From contig CAVPAN010000010.1 in NCBI GenBank assembly GCA_963701565.1, positions 445,698 through 509,697 of the forward strand: 64,000 nucleotides of DNA. The letters are read 5' to 3'. The stretch is from an uncultured Microthrixaceae bacterium. Its GTDB lineage: Bacteria; Actinomycetota; Acidimicrobiia; Acidimicrobiales; DATDAH01. Below, piece after piece: positions 1 to 8,043 of this stretch. The number at the start of each line of letters is the position of its first letter. Position 1 is the stretch's first letter. The notes below the pieces were generated by a model, which was not told the origin of the DNA, searched no databases, and saw only the letters and a list, made by a program, of their open reading frames with translations. Made by a program: the position numbers and the translations under genes.

Positions 1-985
1 TGTCCAGCGGACCGAGCTCGACGTGCACGGCCGACCCGGCCGCCGACAGGTCGGCCACGAGGGCGTCGACCGCATCGGTACCGGGACGGACCGTGCCGAC
101 CACCAGGAGCGGCACGGGATCCTCTCGACCGGCGACCAGCTCGAGGACGTCGAGTGTGCTGTCGTCAGCCAGGTGGAGGTCCTCGAGGACGATGGTGGTC
201 GGCTGGTCACGGGCCAGAGCGGCGAGCGCCTCGGCGCCCTCGCGGAGCATGCGTTGGCGGGCCCCCCCGAGCAGTCGACGCTCGAGGCGCGTGGCGGTCT
301 CGTCGTCGACGAGGGTGGGTAGCTGGACGAGCCACGACGGCGCGACCCGGTCCAGGGTCTCCCGGGTCAGGTCGGGCTCGACGGCCGCGAGGGCCCCGAG
401 GGCGTCGAGCAGGGCGAAATACGGCTCGGGTCCGCTGCGGGGGCGAAGACACCGACCCCGCAGGACCAGCCAACCGTCGAGGCCGTCGGTCTCCTCGAGG
501 AACTCGGCGACGACGGTGGACTTGCCGACCCCTGCGGGCCCGGTCACGAGGGCCGTCACCTGCTCGCCATCGAAGGCCCGAGCGGCCGCCTCGACGAGCC
601 GACCGATTTCCTGTTCCCGACCCACCACGCCGGGCCCCGAGGACGGCGCGACCGTTCCGACGGTGACCCTCCCACCGCGCTGCACGACCGGGGCCACCAG
701 GCGATAGCCGCGCCCGTGCACCGTCTTGATCACACCCTGGGCCTGGCCACTGTCGCCACAGGCACGACGGGCGAGCTTGATGCGGGAGGTGAGCGCCGTC
801 TCGGAGACGAACCGGTCGCCCCAGACCTCGTCGAGCAGCTCGATCTTGGTGACGAGCCGGTCCGGGTGGGTGACGAGGTGCTCGATGACGGCGAGCACCT
901 GTGGCTCCACCGCGACCAGCTCGCCGTCGCGTCGCAACTCTGCGGCCGCGGTGTCGAGGAGGCAGTTCCCGAACTCGTAGATCAC
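1..985 (-). CDS. Transcriptional regulator: OmpR/PhoB-type winged-helix DNA-binding domain fused to a P-loop (AAA_16/STAND-like) NTPase; 3' part lies outside the window
   Basis: Own minus-strand translation from GTG at 983-985 gives VIYEFGNCLLDTAAAELRRDGELVAVEPQVLAVIEHLVTHPDRLVTKIELLDEVWGDRFVSETALTSRIKLARRA...KTVHGRGYRLVAP, followed by Walker A GPAGVGKST. It is absent from the ORF track because no stop lies inside the window. Confidence 0.75.
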   Translation of the reverse strand, partial: MIYEFGNCLLDTAAAELRRDGELVAVEPQVLAVIEHLVTHPDRLVTKIELLDEVWGDRFVSETALTSRIKLARRACGDSGQAQGVIKTVHGRGYRLVAPVVQRGGRVTVGTVAPSSGPGVVGREQEIGRLVEAAARAFDGEQVTALVTGPAGVGKSTVVAEFLEETDGLDGWLVLRGRCLRPRSGPEPYFALLDALGALAAVEPDLTRETLDRVAPSWLVQLPTLVDDETATRLERRLLGGARQRMLREGAEALAALARDQPTTIVLEDLHLADDSTLDVLELVAGREDPVPLLVVGTVRPGTDAVDALVADLSAAGSAVHVELGPLD

Positions 986-1151
986 CGATGCAGCCAGATC
1001 GCTCTCGCCGCCATCAGCGCCAATGGTAGCCCTGTCCGGATGCCGGCCCGGACGCCCGGGACGGCGGCGGCGCCGGGTTCCGGGCCCGTCGGCCACGCGA
1101 CGGCGCCGGCACCTCCGGGCCTCGTGAGGCCGACGGTGGTGCCGACGCCGT

Positions 1152-1177
1152 GGGGGTCGGGGGCCGGGGGTCGGGGG
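1152..1177 (+). other. Four consecutive G5 tracts (G5-TC-G5-CC-G5-TC-G5), a canonical G-quadruplex-forming motif (C5 tracts on the transcribed minus strand)
   Basis: Read directly: tGGGGGtcGGGGGccGGGGGtcGGGGGtcc. It lies in the gap between the dsrE-like stop (1191) and the regulator start (985). Confidence 0.5.
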
Positions 1178-1190
1178 TCCGGTGTCGGGC

Positions 1191-1568
1191 TCAGAGGCAG
1201 ATCGTGGCCGCGCCCTCCTTGATGAGGTCGTAGACGGGCCCGGCCCCGGTGATGGTCACGCCGTCGATGAACTGGTCCTCGGTGTAGCCCCGCAGCGACG
1301 AGCAGGGCGGGCAGGCCCACACGGTGCCGCCGTTGCTCATGAACTTGGTGATGAGCTCCTTCATCGAGGGGTCGTGGGGGTTCATCTGGACGACCTCGGC
1401 GGCCCCCTTGCGCAGGACGTCGACGCCGGCGCTGACGCAGAACACGGTGACGTCCTGGCCGTTGGCGACACCGGCGTTGGCCAGGGTCCAGGCCACGGTG
1501 GCCCGCTCGTCGTCGATGCTGCGGGAGAGCAGGACGATGGTCTTGTCAGTGGTGGTGGAATCGGACAT
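1191..1568 (-). CDS. DsrE/DsrF-like sulfur-relay family protein
   Basis: 125-aa ORF MSDSTTTDKTIVLLSRSIDDERATVAWTLANAGVANGQDVTVFCVSAGVDVL...VWACPPCSSLRGY. The size, Rossmann-like N-terminus and CxxC-type motif are typical of the DsrE family. Confidence 0.7.
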   Translation of the reverse strand: MSDSTTTDKTIVLLSRSIDDERATVAWTLANAGVANGQDVTVFCVSAGVDVLRKGAAEVVQMNPHDPSMKELITKFMSNGGTVWACPPCSSLRGYTEDQFIDGVTITGAGPVYDLIKEGAATICL

Positions 1569-2430
1569 GGCATTGCTCCTTCTGTTTGGGTAGGTAGTCG
1601 CCGTTCGGCGACGTCGCCGGGCTCAGGCGGTCGCCCGCCGGGTGCCCGAGATCAGGGTCCCGGGCGGCGGCGTTGGCCCCCCGGTAGGCCTCGACCGAGG
1701 CCAGAAGACGGAATTCGGTCGGCCCCAGGACGTCCTGGACGGGCCCGATCTGGCTCCGATGGCAGGCCATGGCCTCCTGCTTGCGGTCGAGCGGGGCGCC
1801 GTCGAGGCGGGTGGTGACGTGGGGGCGGTCGACGCCGCGCTCCGGGTAGCCGGGCCAGAACGCCTCGATCTGATGGAGCCGGTCCACGCAGACCTCGGGC
1901 CAGGCGGCGCCGGCGGCGGTGGTGAGGTGTGGGATGCGGTCGCCCCGCTGCCGGAGGGCCAGATCGGTCCACCGACCGACGGCGCGGTGGTCGGGATGGC
2001 CGGTGACCCCGTCGGGGCCGAACCCCAGCACCAGGTCGGGGCGGACCTCGTCGATGATCGAACCGACACGGCGGGCACCCAGCGCGTCGGGGACCTGCTC
2101 GCAGGCACCGTCGCTGTAGCCGAGGACGATGCCGTGCTCGGCGCCGAGCACACCCAGCGCGGCGTCGAGCTCTTCGCGCCGCTCGGCGGCCAGCTCGACG
2201 GGCGGGCGCCGGGTCGGGTCGGGGGTCCCGTGCTCGCCGACAGTGGCGGTCACGTTGATGACCCGGCCGCCCCGCCGGGCGATCTCGGCCATGAGCCCTG
2301 CGCCGAGGAAGCTCTCGTCGTCGGGGTGGGCCCAGACCGCCAGCAGCACCGACGGGGTCGGGGCGAGCCGGTCGGCGAATTCCTCGATCGTCTCGTCGGT
2401 GCCTGTGGTCGTGGCGGGGGCGAAGCTCAT
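1546..2430 (-). CDS. PIG-L/LmbE family N-acetylglucosaminyl deacetylase
   Basis: 294-aa ORF with the family motifs VWAHPDDESF and GHPDHRAVG. It overlaps the downstream dsrE-like start by 23 nt. Confidence 0.85.
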   Translation of the reverse strand: MSFAPATTTGTDETIEEFADRLAPTPSVLLAVWAHPDDESFLGAGLMAEIARRGGRVINVTATVGEHGTPDPTRRPPVELAAERREELDAALGVLGAEHGIVLGYSDGACEQVPDALGARRVGSIIDEVRPDLVLGFGPDGVTGHPDHRAVGRWTDLALRQRGDRIPHLTTAAGAAWPEVCVDRLHQIEAFWPGYPERGVDRPHVTTRLDGAPLDRKQEAMACHRSQIGPVQDVLGPTEFRLLASVEAYRGANAAARDPDLGHPAGDRLSPATSPNGDYLPKQKEQCHVRFHHH

Positions 2431-2671
2431 GGCCCGATGATCCAGATCCGCGCCCGCCCAAGCTTGGCGATCATCGGGCGATCAGGTGGTTTTCGGGCCG
2501 CCCCGTCGTCACAACTCCGTCACGATCGCCCCGGGCGCTCTCCGCGGCCCTGGTCCAGAGGGGTGCCGGTGGAACGCGCCCTGGCCGTACGCGGCAACAT
2601 CGGCTCGGTGGCACTCGCTCAGCTCCGCGACGTGATCGCGGTCATCCTTGACCTTCCGAGCTAGCGCCCTC

Positions 2672-2756
2672 GGCTTGAAGCCCACGCCGAACCCTCGATC
2701 CGCAGAGGTGGGTCATCTGGCCCTGCACCCCGGTGGGCGGCTGGGCCTGACAGGCG
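2672..2756. repeat. Copy 1 of a conserved ~85-nt intergenic element (second copy at 23016-23102)
   Basis: ggcttgaagcccacgccgaaccctcgatccgcagaggtgggtcatc...ctgggcctgacaggcg. The first 46 nt differ at 2 positions from copy 2, the last 16 nt are identical, and the centre is variable. Confidence 0.6.
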
Positions 2757-2779
2757 CGAGTCCCCTCCGTCGCCGTCGC

Positions 2780-3334
2780 TCAGCGGGGGACCTCTCGGCC
2801 GGCGAGGGCCATCAGGAGCTCGGTGTCGGTGGCATCGGCGGGGGGCGCGGTCGGGGATGCGATGAGGTCCAGGGCGCGCACGTCGTCGGTGCACACCGCC
2901 TCCACCAGCGTCGAGATGGCGGGCCGCGCCTCCTCTGCGAACTCGATCGGGCGACCGACGCTCACCGAGAGGTCCCAGGCATGGGCCAGCGCGTCAATGG
3001 CGGGAAAGCCGATGACCACCGAACCGGGCAGATCGCCGAACGGGGTCGTGTGGACGGCGTCGAGCACGCCGTCTCCCCGCCACATCGCCAACGCCCGTTG
3101 GACGGTGTCGTCGGCGAAGGCCACCAGGTCGCCGTCGTAGGGCACTGCGCCCACGGTGACCTCGATCGAGACGATGTCCTGACCCGTGACGACGCCGCCC
3201 CACAGGAGCTGGTGGTGCACCCAGTCGATGGTCTTCTTGGCCTTGGCGGCTGGCTCGACGGCGAAGACGTGGTCGTACTTGTTCTTGAAGCAGCGAGCCT
3301 CGTTCGCCCGCAGCCCGGCCAGTGCGGCCGCCAC
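2780..3334 (-). CDS. MDMPI_N/DinB-superfamily protein (actinobacterial TIGR03086-type)
   Basis: 184-aa ORF. The C-terminal pattern ...AHAWDLSVSVGRPIEF...DTELLMALAGRE resembles TIGR03086-type proteins. The ORF follows the vapC stop in the same frame after 5 codons, so the first helix may be missing. Confidence 0.55.
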   Translation of the reverse strand: MAAALAGLRANEARCFKNKYDHVFAVEPAAKAKKTIDWVHHQLLWGGVVTGQDIVSIEVTVGAVPYDGDLVAFADDTVQRALAMWRGDGVLDAVHTTPFGDLPGSVVIGFPAIDALAHAWDLSVSVGRPIEFAEEARPAISTLVEAVCTDDVRALDLIASPTAPPADATDTELLMALAGREVPR

Positions 3335-3349
3335 CGGCGAGACGCGGGA

Positions 3350-3721
3350 TCAGTACGGCTCGGCCAGGCCGGCGAACATCGGGTAGTGGCGGACGTTGTG
3401 GGTCGCTAGCGCGGCGCCCACGTGCCGAGTCGTGGCTGCGACCACGAGGTCGGCCACCGCCAGGCCGTGCGAGGCCCGGTACTGCCGCCCCAGCTCACCG
3501 GCCAGCCGGGCGATCGGCTGGGTCACCTCAGCCCAGTCGAGTCCGGCGAAGAGCGCCTCGGCCGCACTTCGCTCCGGTGAACGCAGGCCCCGGATCACCT
3601 CGATGCGGGAGATCTCCGAGCACGTCGGCACCTCGTCCAGCCCGGCCAGCCACCGTCTGGCAGGGGCGTGGCCCCGCAGGACGTCGATCAGGACGGTGGT
3701 GTCGAGGACGACAGGCCCCAA
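3350..3721 (-). CDS. vapC: Type II toxin VapC (PIN domain)
   Basis: 123-aa ORF MGPVVLDTTVLIDVLRG...ADLVVAATTRHVGAALATHNVRHY, with the PIN acidic residues in their usual positions. Confidence 0.85.
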   Translation of the reverse strand: MGPVVLDTTVLIDVLRGHAPARRWLAGLDEVPTCSEISRIEVIRGLRSPERSAAEALFAGLDWAEVTQPIARLAGELGRQYRASHGLAVADLVVAATTRHVGAALATHNVRHYPMFAGLAEPY

Positions 3722-4005
3722 CGGTCCTCCACCACCCGGTCACGATCACGGTCCGTCGCCCGGGCGGTCTCGACGAAGTCCCCGCCCGGGGGCAGGTCGG
3801 GCACCGCTCCGAAGGAGGCGTCCACCGCAGCCTGGAAGCGCCCCAAGCGGGAGTCCGTGTCCTGGCGCCCGCCCCCGATCAGACGATCGAGGGCCTCCCG
3901 GATGAGCTCGGACTTGGTCCGCCGCTGGCGGCTCGCCTGCTCGTCCAGCCAGCGGTGCTGGTCGTCATCGAGGTAGATCTGCGTGCGCCGCACGATGTAT
4001 AGCAT
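3688..4005 (-). CDS. vapB: Ribbon-helix-helix (CopG-type) antitoxin VapB
   Basis: Internal ATG at 4003-4005 of ORF 3688..4218 gives MLYIVRRTQIYLDDDQHRWLDEQASRQRRTKSELIREALDRLIG. It lies directly upstream of vapC and overlaps it. Confidence 0.7.
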   Translation of the reverse strand: MLYIVRRTQIYLDDDQHRWLDEQASRQRRTKSELIREALDRLIGGGRQDTDSRLGRFQAAVDASFGAVPDLPPGGDFVETARATDRDRDRVVEDRWGLSSSTPPS

Positions 4006-4009
4006 ACAT

Positions 4010-4115
4010 CGCTGAATCGAGGATGGCCCGGTGATGTCGATGACCGTCGCGCTGACCCGCCAGGTCACGGTCACCTCGGTGCCGATCAGGCCGGGTGGGA
4101 CCGAGTAGCCGTTGC
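4010..4115 (-). mobile_element. Remnant of an IS21-family transposase (IstA C-terminal segment)
   Basis: The same reading frame upstream of vapB reads GVSVGNGYSVPPGLIGTEVTVTWRVSATVIDITGP. This resembles the conserved IstA block (...gnrYsvP..l.G..v.vr.....v.i). There is no start and no remainder of the gene. Confidence 0.3.
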
Positions 4116-4172
4116 CCACACTGACACCAGAGCGTTGTCCGCGACCTTGTGGACCCGTGCCAGCTCGGCCGG

Positions 4173-6221
4173 TCAGCGCCCCGACACCACCCCACCGAGG
4201 CCGACTGCGTCGCGGCACACCGCGGCGAGGGTGGCCTCCCAGTCCACAGGCCGGTAGTGCAGGAACAGCGAGGCGTAGTACCGGCCCCGCAGCGGGGTCG
4301 GGCGGCTGTGGGGCAGCTTGGCGCTCTCATAGAGCAGCATCTGGCCGGGCTCGAGCACGATGTCGTGGGCCCGGCCGGCTGCGTCCTCGATCCGCAGGGG
4401 CCAGGGCTCGTCGGTGTCGGCGGCGATGTGGACCACGGAGCTGATGACGTGGGTGGCCACCCGGTCACAGTGCCGATGCAGGGTCTGGCCCTCGCCGTAG
4501 AGCCGGATGCCGTAGGCGGCACTCGCGACCAGGGGGCCGCCGTACCACTCCTCGTGGAGCTCCTGCATCTCCTGGAGGATCTCCTGGCCCGCCTCCCCCA
4601 CCGGGATGATCGACGGGTCCCCCGACGGGAGGTAGGTGGCGTCGCTGTGCTCCGCCTCGGCCCGGTCCCGGTTGTCCTCGAACAGCGAGCGCAGGCGGGC
4701 GTGGACCGCGGGTGGCGTGTCGATCACCCGGAAGCCGTCGGCCGTGCGCGTGGGGACGAGCTCGTGCTGGCGGGCGGTGAGGGTGTCGGCGTCTCCGGAG
4801 AAGACGGAGTCGACGGGCAGGGCCCTGCGAGCCCAGAAGACGACGGTGAACCGCTGGTCGGCGAAGTCCAGGGACTCGGCGTCGACCGGGCGCACCTCGT
4901 GGAACGCGTCACTGCGGAAGAAGACCAAGCGGTTGTCGAGCGGCGCGATCTCGGTGTATGTGGCCACGGGGTCGATGACGCCGCCCCGGTCGACGGTGTC
5001 GAAGAGGCGCAGGGCCCCGCCGGAGAACCGCCGCGGCTCCCGGTTGAAGTAGTAGACGGCGCTGACCACCCGGGTCTCCGTGTCGGGGCTGCCGGCGTCC
5101 GTGTGGAGCGTGAAGTGGTCACCGGGACCGTGGACGGTGAGCTGACGTTCGATGTGTTGCAGGGAGAACCAGGGGACGTCGAGCTCACGGCGCACGTGGG
5201 GCAGGAGCCGGGTGATCGGTCCTTCGAAGAGGTCCCAGACCTCCGCGAGGTCGAACAGCGTCTGGGAGCGCCGGAGCTCCAGGTACGGGCCGCCCGAGTC
5301 CTCGTCGGGCCGGGTGACGCCGCTCGCCACGAAGTCCGCTTCCCGGGCCAGGGCGAAGGTCAGGAGGCGGGCGTGACCCTCCGGGTCGAGGAAGTCGTCG
5401 AACTGGACGAAGCGGGGGGCGACCGATTCGGGCTCGGGTGGCTCCGCGACGCCCACCGGATCGGGCGGCGACTCGGGCTGGGGGACCACGACCCGTTGGG
5501 CCCGCTCCAGGATCTCGGCCGCGACGTCGGCGGCCTCCGGACGGGGGCCACGGAGCGTGAGCACGTGCTCGGCCAGCCGGGTGACGAGGGCACGGGTCGC
5601 CGGCGTGGTGGCCGGCGGCGCCACCAGGTGGCCGAGGAGCGGGAGGACCGCTCGGGCCCCGGTCACCTCGGCGGGCTCCCAGTCCACGCCGTCGACGAAG
5701 GCCGTGTCCACGATCGCCGCGATGGGGAGGGCGGGCCGATCGGCCCCGGGCGCCTGTCCCTCCATCGGGCCGATCGCCATCGGGAGCACCCGCCCCGAGG
5801 GCTCGATGGCGACGAGGCCGTCGGCGTAGAGGTCGGCACCGGCGGCGACGAGCGCGCCCAGAAGGGTGGACCGACCCGAGCCGGCGGGCCCGAGGACGAC
5901 CACCGCCTGTGGCCCGGCGGCGACGACACCGGCCCGGACGATGACCGTTCCCGGGCGGAGGCGGACGACGATCCCCGGCAGGTCGGCGACGAGCTCCGCG
6001 ATGGCCGTCTCGGCGTCGACCTCCCGGCGCAGACCGCCGTGGTCCCGTTCCAGGTCGTACAAGCCGGGGCCCTCGGCGGTGATGGCGTAGTGCAGGTCGA
6101 CCCGGCCCCCCGAGGTGGAGGGCGGGGGACCGTCGACGGCGGCGCGCCACACGGCGACGAGCTCAGGCGGGAGCTCGACCTCGACCTGGATGCCGCCGAG
6201 GCCCAGCGACAGTGGGCTCAC
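4173..6221 (-). CDS. Tri-domain fusion: HprK-related P-loop kinase-like domain + two 2OG-Fe(II) oxygenase (prolyl 4-hydroxylase-type) domains
   Basis: 682-aa ORF. The N-terminal part has VVLGPAGSGRSTLLGALVAAGADLYADGLVAIE, an HPr-kinase C-domain-like P-loop. The middle part has FTLHTDAGS...RLVFFRSDAFHEVRPV...RFTVVFW (HxD...H...R). The C-terminal part has LHRHCDRVATHVISSVVHI...LLYESAKLPHSRP...GRYYASLFLHYRP (HxD...H). Confidence 0.8.
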   Translation of the reverse strand: MSPLSLGLGGIQVEVELPPELVAVWRAAVDGPPPSTSGGRVDLHYAITAEGPGLYDLERDHGGLRREVDAETAIAELVADLPGIVVRLRPGTVIVRAGVVAAGPQAVVVLGPAGSGRSTLLGALVAAGADLYADGLVAIEPSGRVLPMAIGPMEGQAPGADRPALPIAAIVDTAFVDGVDWEPAEVTGARAVLPLLGHLVAPPATTPATRALVTRLAEHVLTLRGPRPEAADVAAEILERAQRVVVPQPESPPDPVGVAEPPEPESVAPRFVQFDDFLDPEGHARLLTFALAREADFVASGVTRPDEDSGGPYLELRRSQTLFDLAEVWDLFEGPITRLLPHVRRELDVPWFSLQHIERQLTVHGPGDHFTLHTDAGSPDTETRVVSAVYYFNREPRRFSGGALRLFDTVDRGGVIDPVATYTEIAPLDNRLVFFRSDAFHEVRPVDAESLDFADQRFTVVFWARRALPVDSVFSGDADTLTARQHELVPTRTADGFRVIDTPPAVHARLRSLFEDNRDRAEAEHSDATYLPSGDPSIIPVGEAGQEILQEMQELHEEWYGGPLVASAAYGIRLYGEGQTLHRHCDRVATHVISSVVHIAADTDEPWPLRIEDAAGRAHDIVLEPGQMLLYESAKLPHSRPTPLRGRYYASLFLHYRPVDWEATLAAVCRDAVGLGGVVSGR

Positions 6222-6246
6222 GGACGGGAGCGGCGCGGGTCAGGCG

Positions 6247-6861
6247 TCAGCCGGTGGAGGCGGGCCGGGCGGCGACGGGACCTTCGCCGTCGTTGTCAAC
6301 GTTGTTCGGGTCGACGTTCGGGTCCGGGGTCGGTGCCGGCGTGGGGCCCGGCACGGGTGCCGGCGTCGGAGCCGGGTTCGGCGCCGGCGTCGGCTGCGGA
6401 TTCGGCGCCGGCGTCGGCTGCGGATTCGGCGCCGGGGTCGGCTGCGGGTTCGGCGCCGGGGTCGGCGGGATGCCCGCCGCCGCCTGCTGGGTCACGGTCA
6501 CGATCGACTCGACGAAGGGCAGTGCCGCGGCCGCGGCCGCGGTCAGGCCCAGCTTGGCGATCAGGCGCCGTCGTCCCATGCCGGGGGCGCCGGCTGCGGC
6601 CAGTTCGATCAGGCCCGCGTCGACCAGTTCCTCGATGGCCAGTTCCACCACCTGCTGGTCGGCGGGCAGCCCGCTGGCCTCGGCCAGGCGCGGCACCATG
6701 TCCGCGAGGCTGGTGGCGCCGTCACAGAGGTCATAGACGGTCGCTGCGGTCTCGTTGAGGGCAAAGGCCTCTGCGGAGATGTCGTTGAAGACGAGCAGTT
6801 CGTTGTTGGTGCGTTCCACCAGAAGGCCGTCGATGCGCTGCGGGCGGGCGGTGGGATCCAT
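6247..6861 (-). CDS. PqqD-like (RRE-type) domain, then a twin-arginine/hydrophobic segment, then a proline-rich (PTPAPNPQ)n tail; candidate substrate of the neighbouring enzymes
   Basis: 204-aa ORF. Residues 10-85, LLVERTNNELLVFNDISAEAFALNETAATVYDLCDGATSLADMVPRLAEASGLPADQQVVELAIEELVDAGLIE, are PqqD-like. GMGRRRLIAKLGLTAAAAAALPFV follows. The tail is IPPTPAPNPQPTPAPNPQPTPAPNPQPTPAPNPAPTPAPVPGPTPAPTPDPNVDPNNVDNDGEG. Confidence 0.8.
   Translation of the reverse strand: MDPTARPQRIDGLLVERTNNELLVFNDISAEAFALNETAATVYDLCDGATSLADMVPRLAEASGLPADQQVVELAIEELVDAGLIELAAAGAPGMGRRRLIAKLGLTAAAAAALPFVESIVTVTQQAAAGIPPTPAPNPQPTPAPNPQPTPAPNPQPTPAPNPAPTPAPVPGPTPAPTPDPNVDPNNVDNDGEGPVAARPASTG
6377..6470. repeat. 24-bp tandem repeat (about 4 units) encoding PTPAPNPQ
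   Basis: ttcggcgccggcgtcggctgcgga occurs twice exactly (6377-6400 and 6401-6424), followed by two slightly diverged units. Confidence 0.9.
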
Positions 6862-6898
6862 CCGAGGAACCTACCACCGCGCGGCACGGGGCCGGGGC

Positions 6899-7996
6899 TT
6901 ACGGGCGCACCTCGGGCCATTCACGCATCCAGGCGTGGACGTCGGAACTGACGGGATAGTCCAGGCGGTTCCAGCTGTAGCGGCCTTCGCGGACGGGCTG
7001 ATACTCGGCCGCCTCGAACCGGCACGATCCGCGGAGGAAGTCGGCCGTGAACCAGAAGGCGGCATCGGGGTCCCGCAGGCACCGCTCCCGGTGGATCATC
7101 CCGGTGAACGTGCTGGAGAAGGTCCCGGCGAAGCCCTCGGCGAGTACGGCGACCTCCTGGCTCACCGCCGCCAGCGCACTGTCGTCATGGCGGGGCAGGG
7201 CGGCGAAGCGCTCGGCGACGGGGCCGCCGTCGAGGATGTGCCGGTTGAGGAAGACGACGTCGGTGAAGTGCTCCAGGAGGGGGGCGAAGAACCCCGAGGT
7301 CGGGTCGGCCTCGGTGCAGACCACCAACCGCTGGTCCGCCCGAAAGCGTGCCGCGAGGTTGTCCCGGACCTCCCAGGGCATGACCCGGCGGGCGTCGGGC
7401 ACGCCGATGAGGTGGTCGGTGCGACGGATGTGGGCCGCGTTGTACTCGCCCAAGCCCTCGCTCAGGGCGGCGCCGAGGTCGCGATAGGGGGCACGGAGCC
7501 GCACGCCCTCCAGGAGGGTGAAGAGCTCCCGGCGGCGCCGGGGGTTCAGGAAGAAGACGTAGGAGTAGTACCCGAGGGTCCGTCCGGGGACCTCGAGCAC
7601 CGGGTCCTCGGCCCATGCCGGATCGAAGCTCACGACCGGGCGCCCGTGGGCGAACTCAGCCCGGTTCTCGTCGTCCTGCCCGGCTCCCTGGGCGTCGGTG
7701 ACCATGATGGCCGAGCAGTCGGGCCAGTCCAGGACCCGAGCGGGGCCCGCTGCCTCGGTGGCGAACGCGGCGGTGTCCAGCACCGGCACCGGTAGCTCGT
7801 AGAGGTCGATCAGCCTCGACGGTCGGCCGGCGGCGTCGCCCGTCAGCGCCGGCCTCGGGCCCCACCCGATGGGCTCGTCGACCGGCAGGGCCAGCCGGCG
7901 CCCGCTGAGATGGGCCAGGCCGATGGCCACCTCGAGGGCCATCCGCTTGTTGGAGAGGTAGCCGGGATCCAGACCGACCCGCAGGATCGCGGTCAC
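6899..7996 (-). CDS. GDP-fucose protein O-fucosyltransferase-like glycosyltransferase (O-FucT family; GT65/GT68/GT106-type fold)
   Basis: 365-aa ORF with GYLSNKRMALEVAIGLAHLSGRRLALP (compare GGLNQQR....A..LN.TLV.P). It also has the HxRRxD-type motif AAHIRRTDH and GFAGTFSSTFTGMI (compare F.GT..STFS). No signal peptide or TM segment is visible. Confidence 0.7.
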   Translation of the reverse strand: MTAILRVGLDPGYLSNKRMALEVAIGLAHLSGRRLALPVDEPIGWGPRPALTGDAAGRPSRLIDLYELPVPVLDTAAFATEAAGPARVLDWPDCSAIMVTDAQGAGQDDENRAEFAHGRPVVSFDPAWAEDPVLEVPGRTLGYYSYVFFLNPRRRRELFTLLEGVRLRAPYRDLGAALSEGLGEYNAAHIRRTDHLIGVPDARRVMPWEVRDNLAARFRADQRLVVCTEADPTSGFFAPLLEHFTDVVFLNRHILDGGPVAERFAALPRHDDSALAAVSQEVAVLAEGFAGTFSSTFTGMIHRERCLRDPDAAFWFTADFLRGSCRFEAAEYQPVREGRYSWNRLDYPVSSDVHAWMREWPEVRP

Positions 7997-8043
7997 CCCG
8001 GGATCCTACGGGCGGGGCCCGCCCCCCTCGGTAGCCTCGCTCG

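Noticed and set aside
4149-6758. 869-aa plus-strand ORF, the longest in the track
   Set aside because: It is antisense to the well-supported minus-strand genes 4173..6221 and 6247..6861. Its translation is Arg/Gly/Pro/Ala-rich low complexity with no recognisable motif, as expected for a GC-driven shadow ORF.
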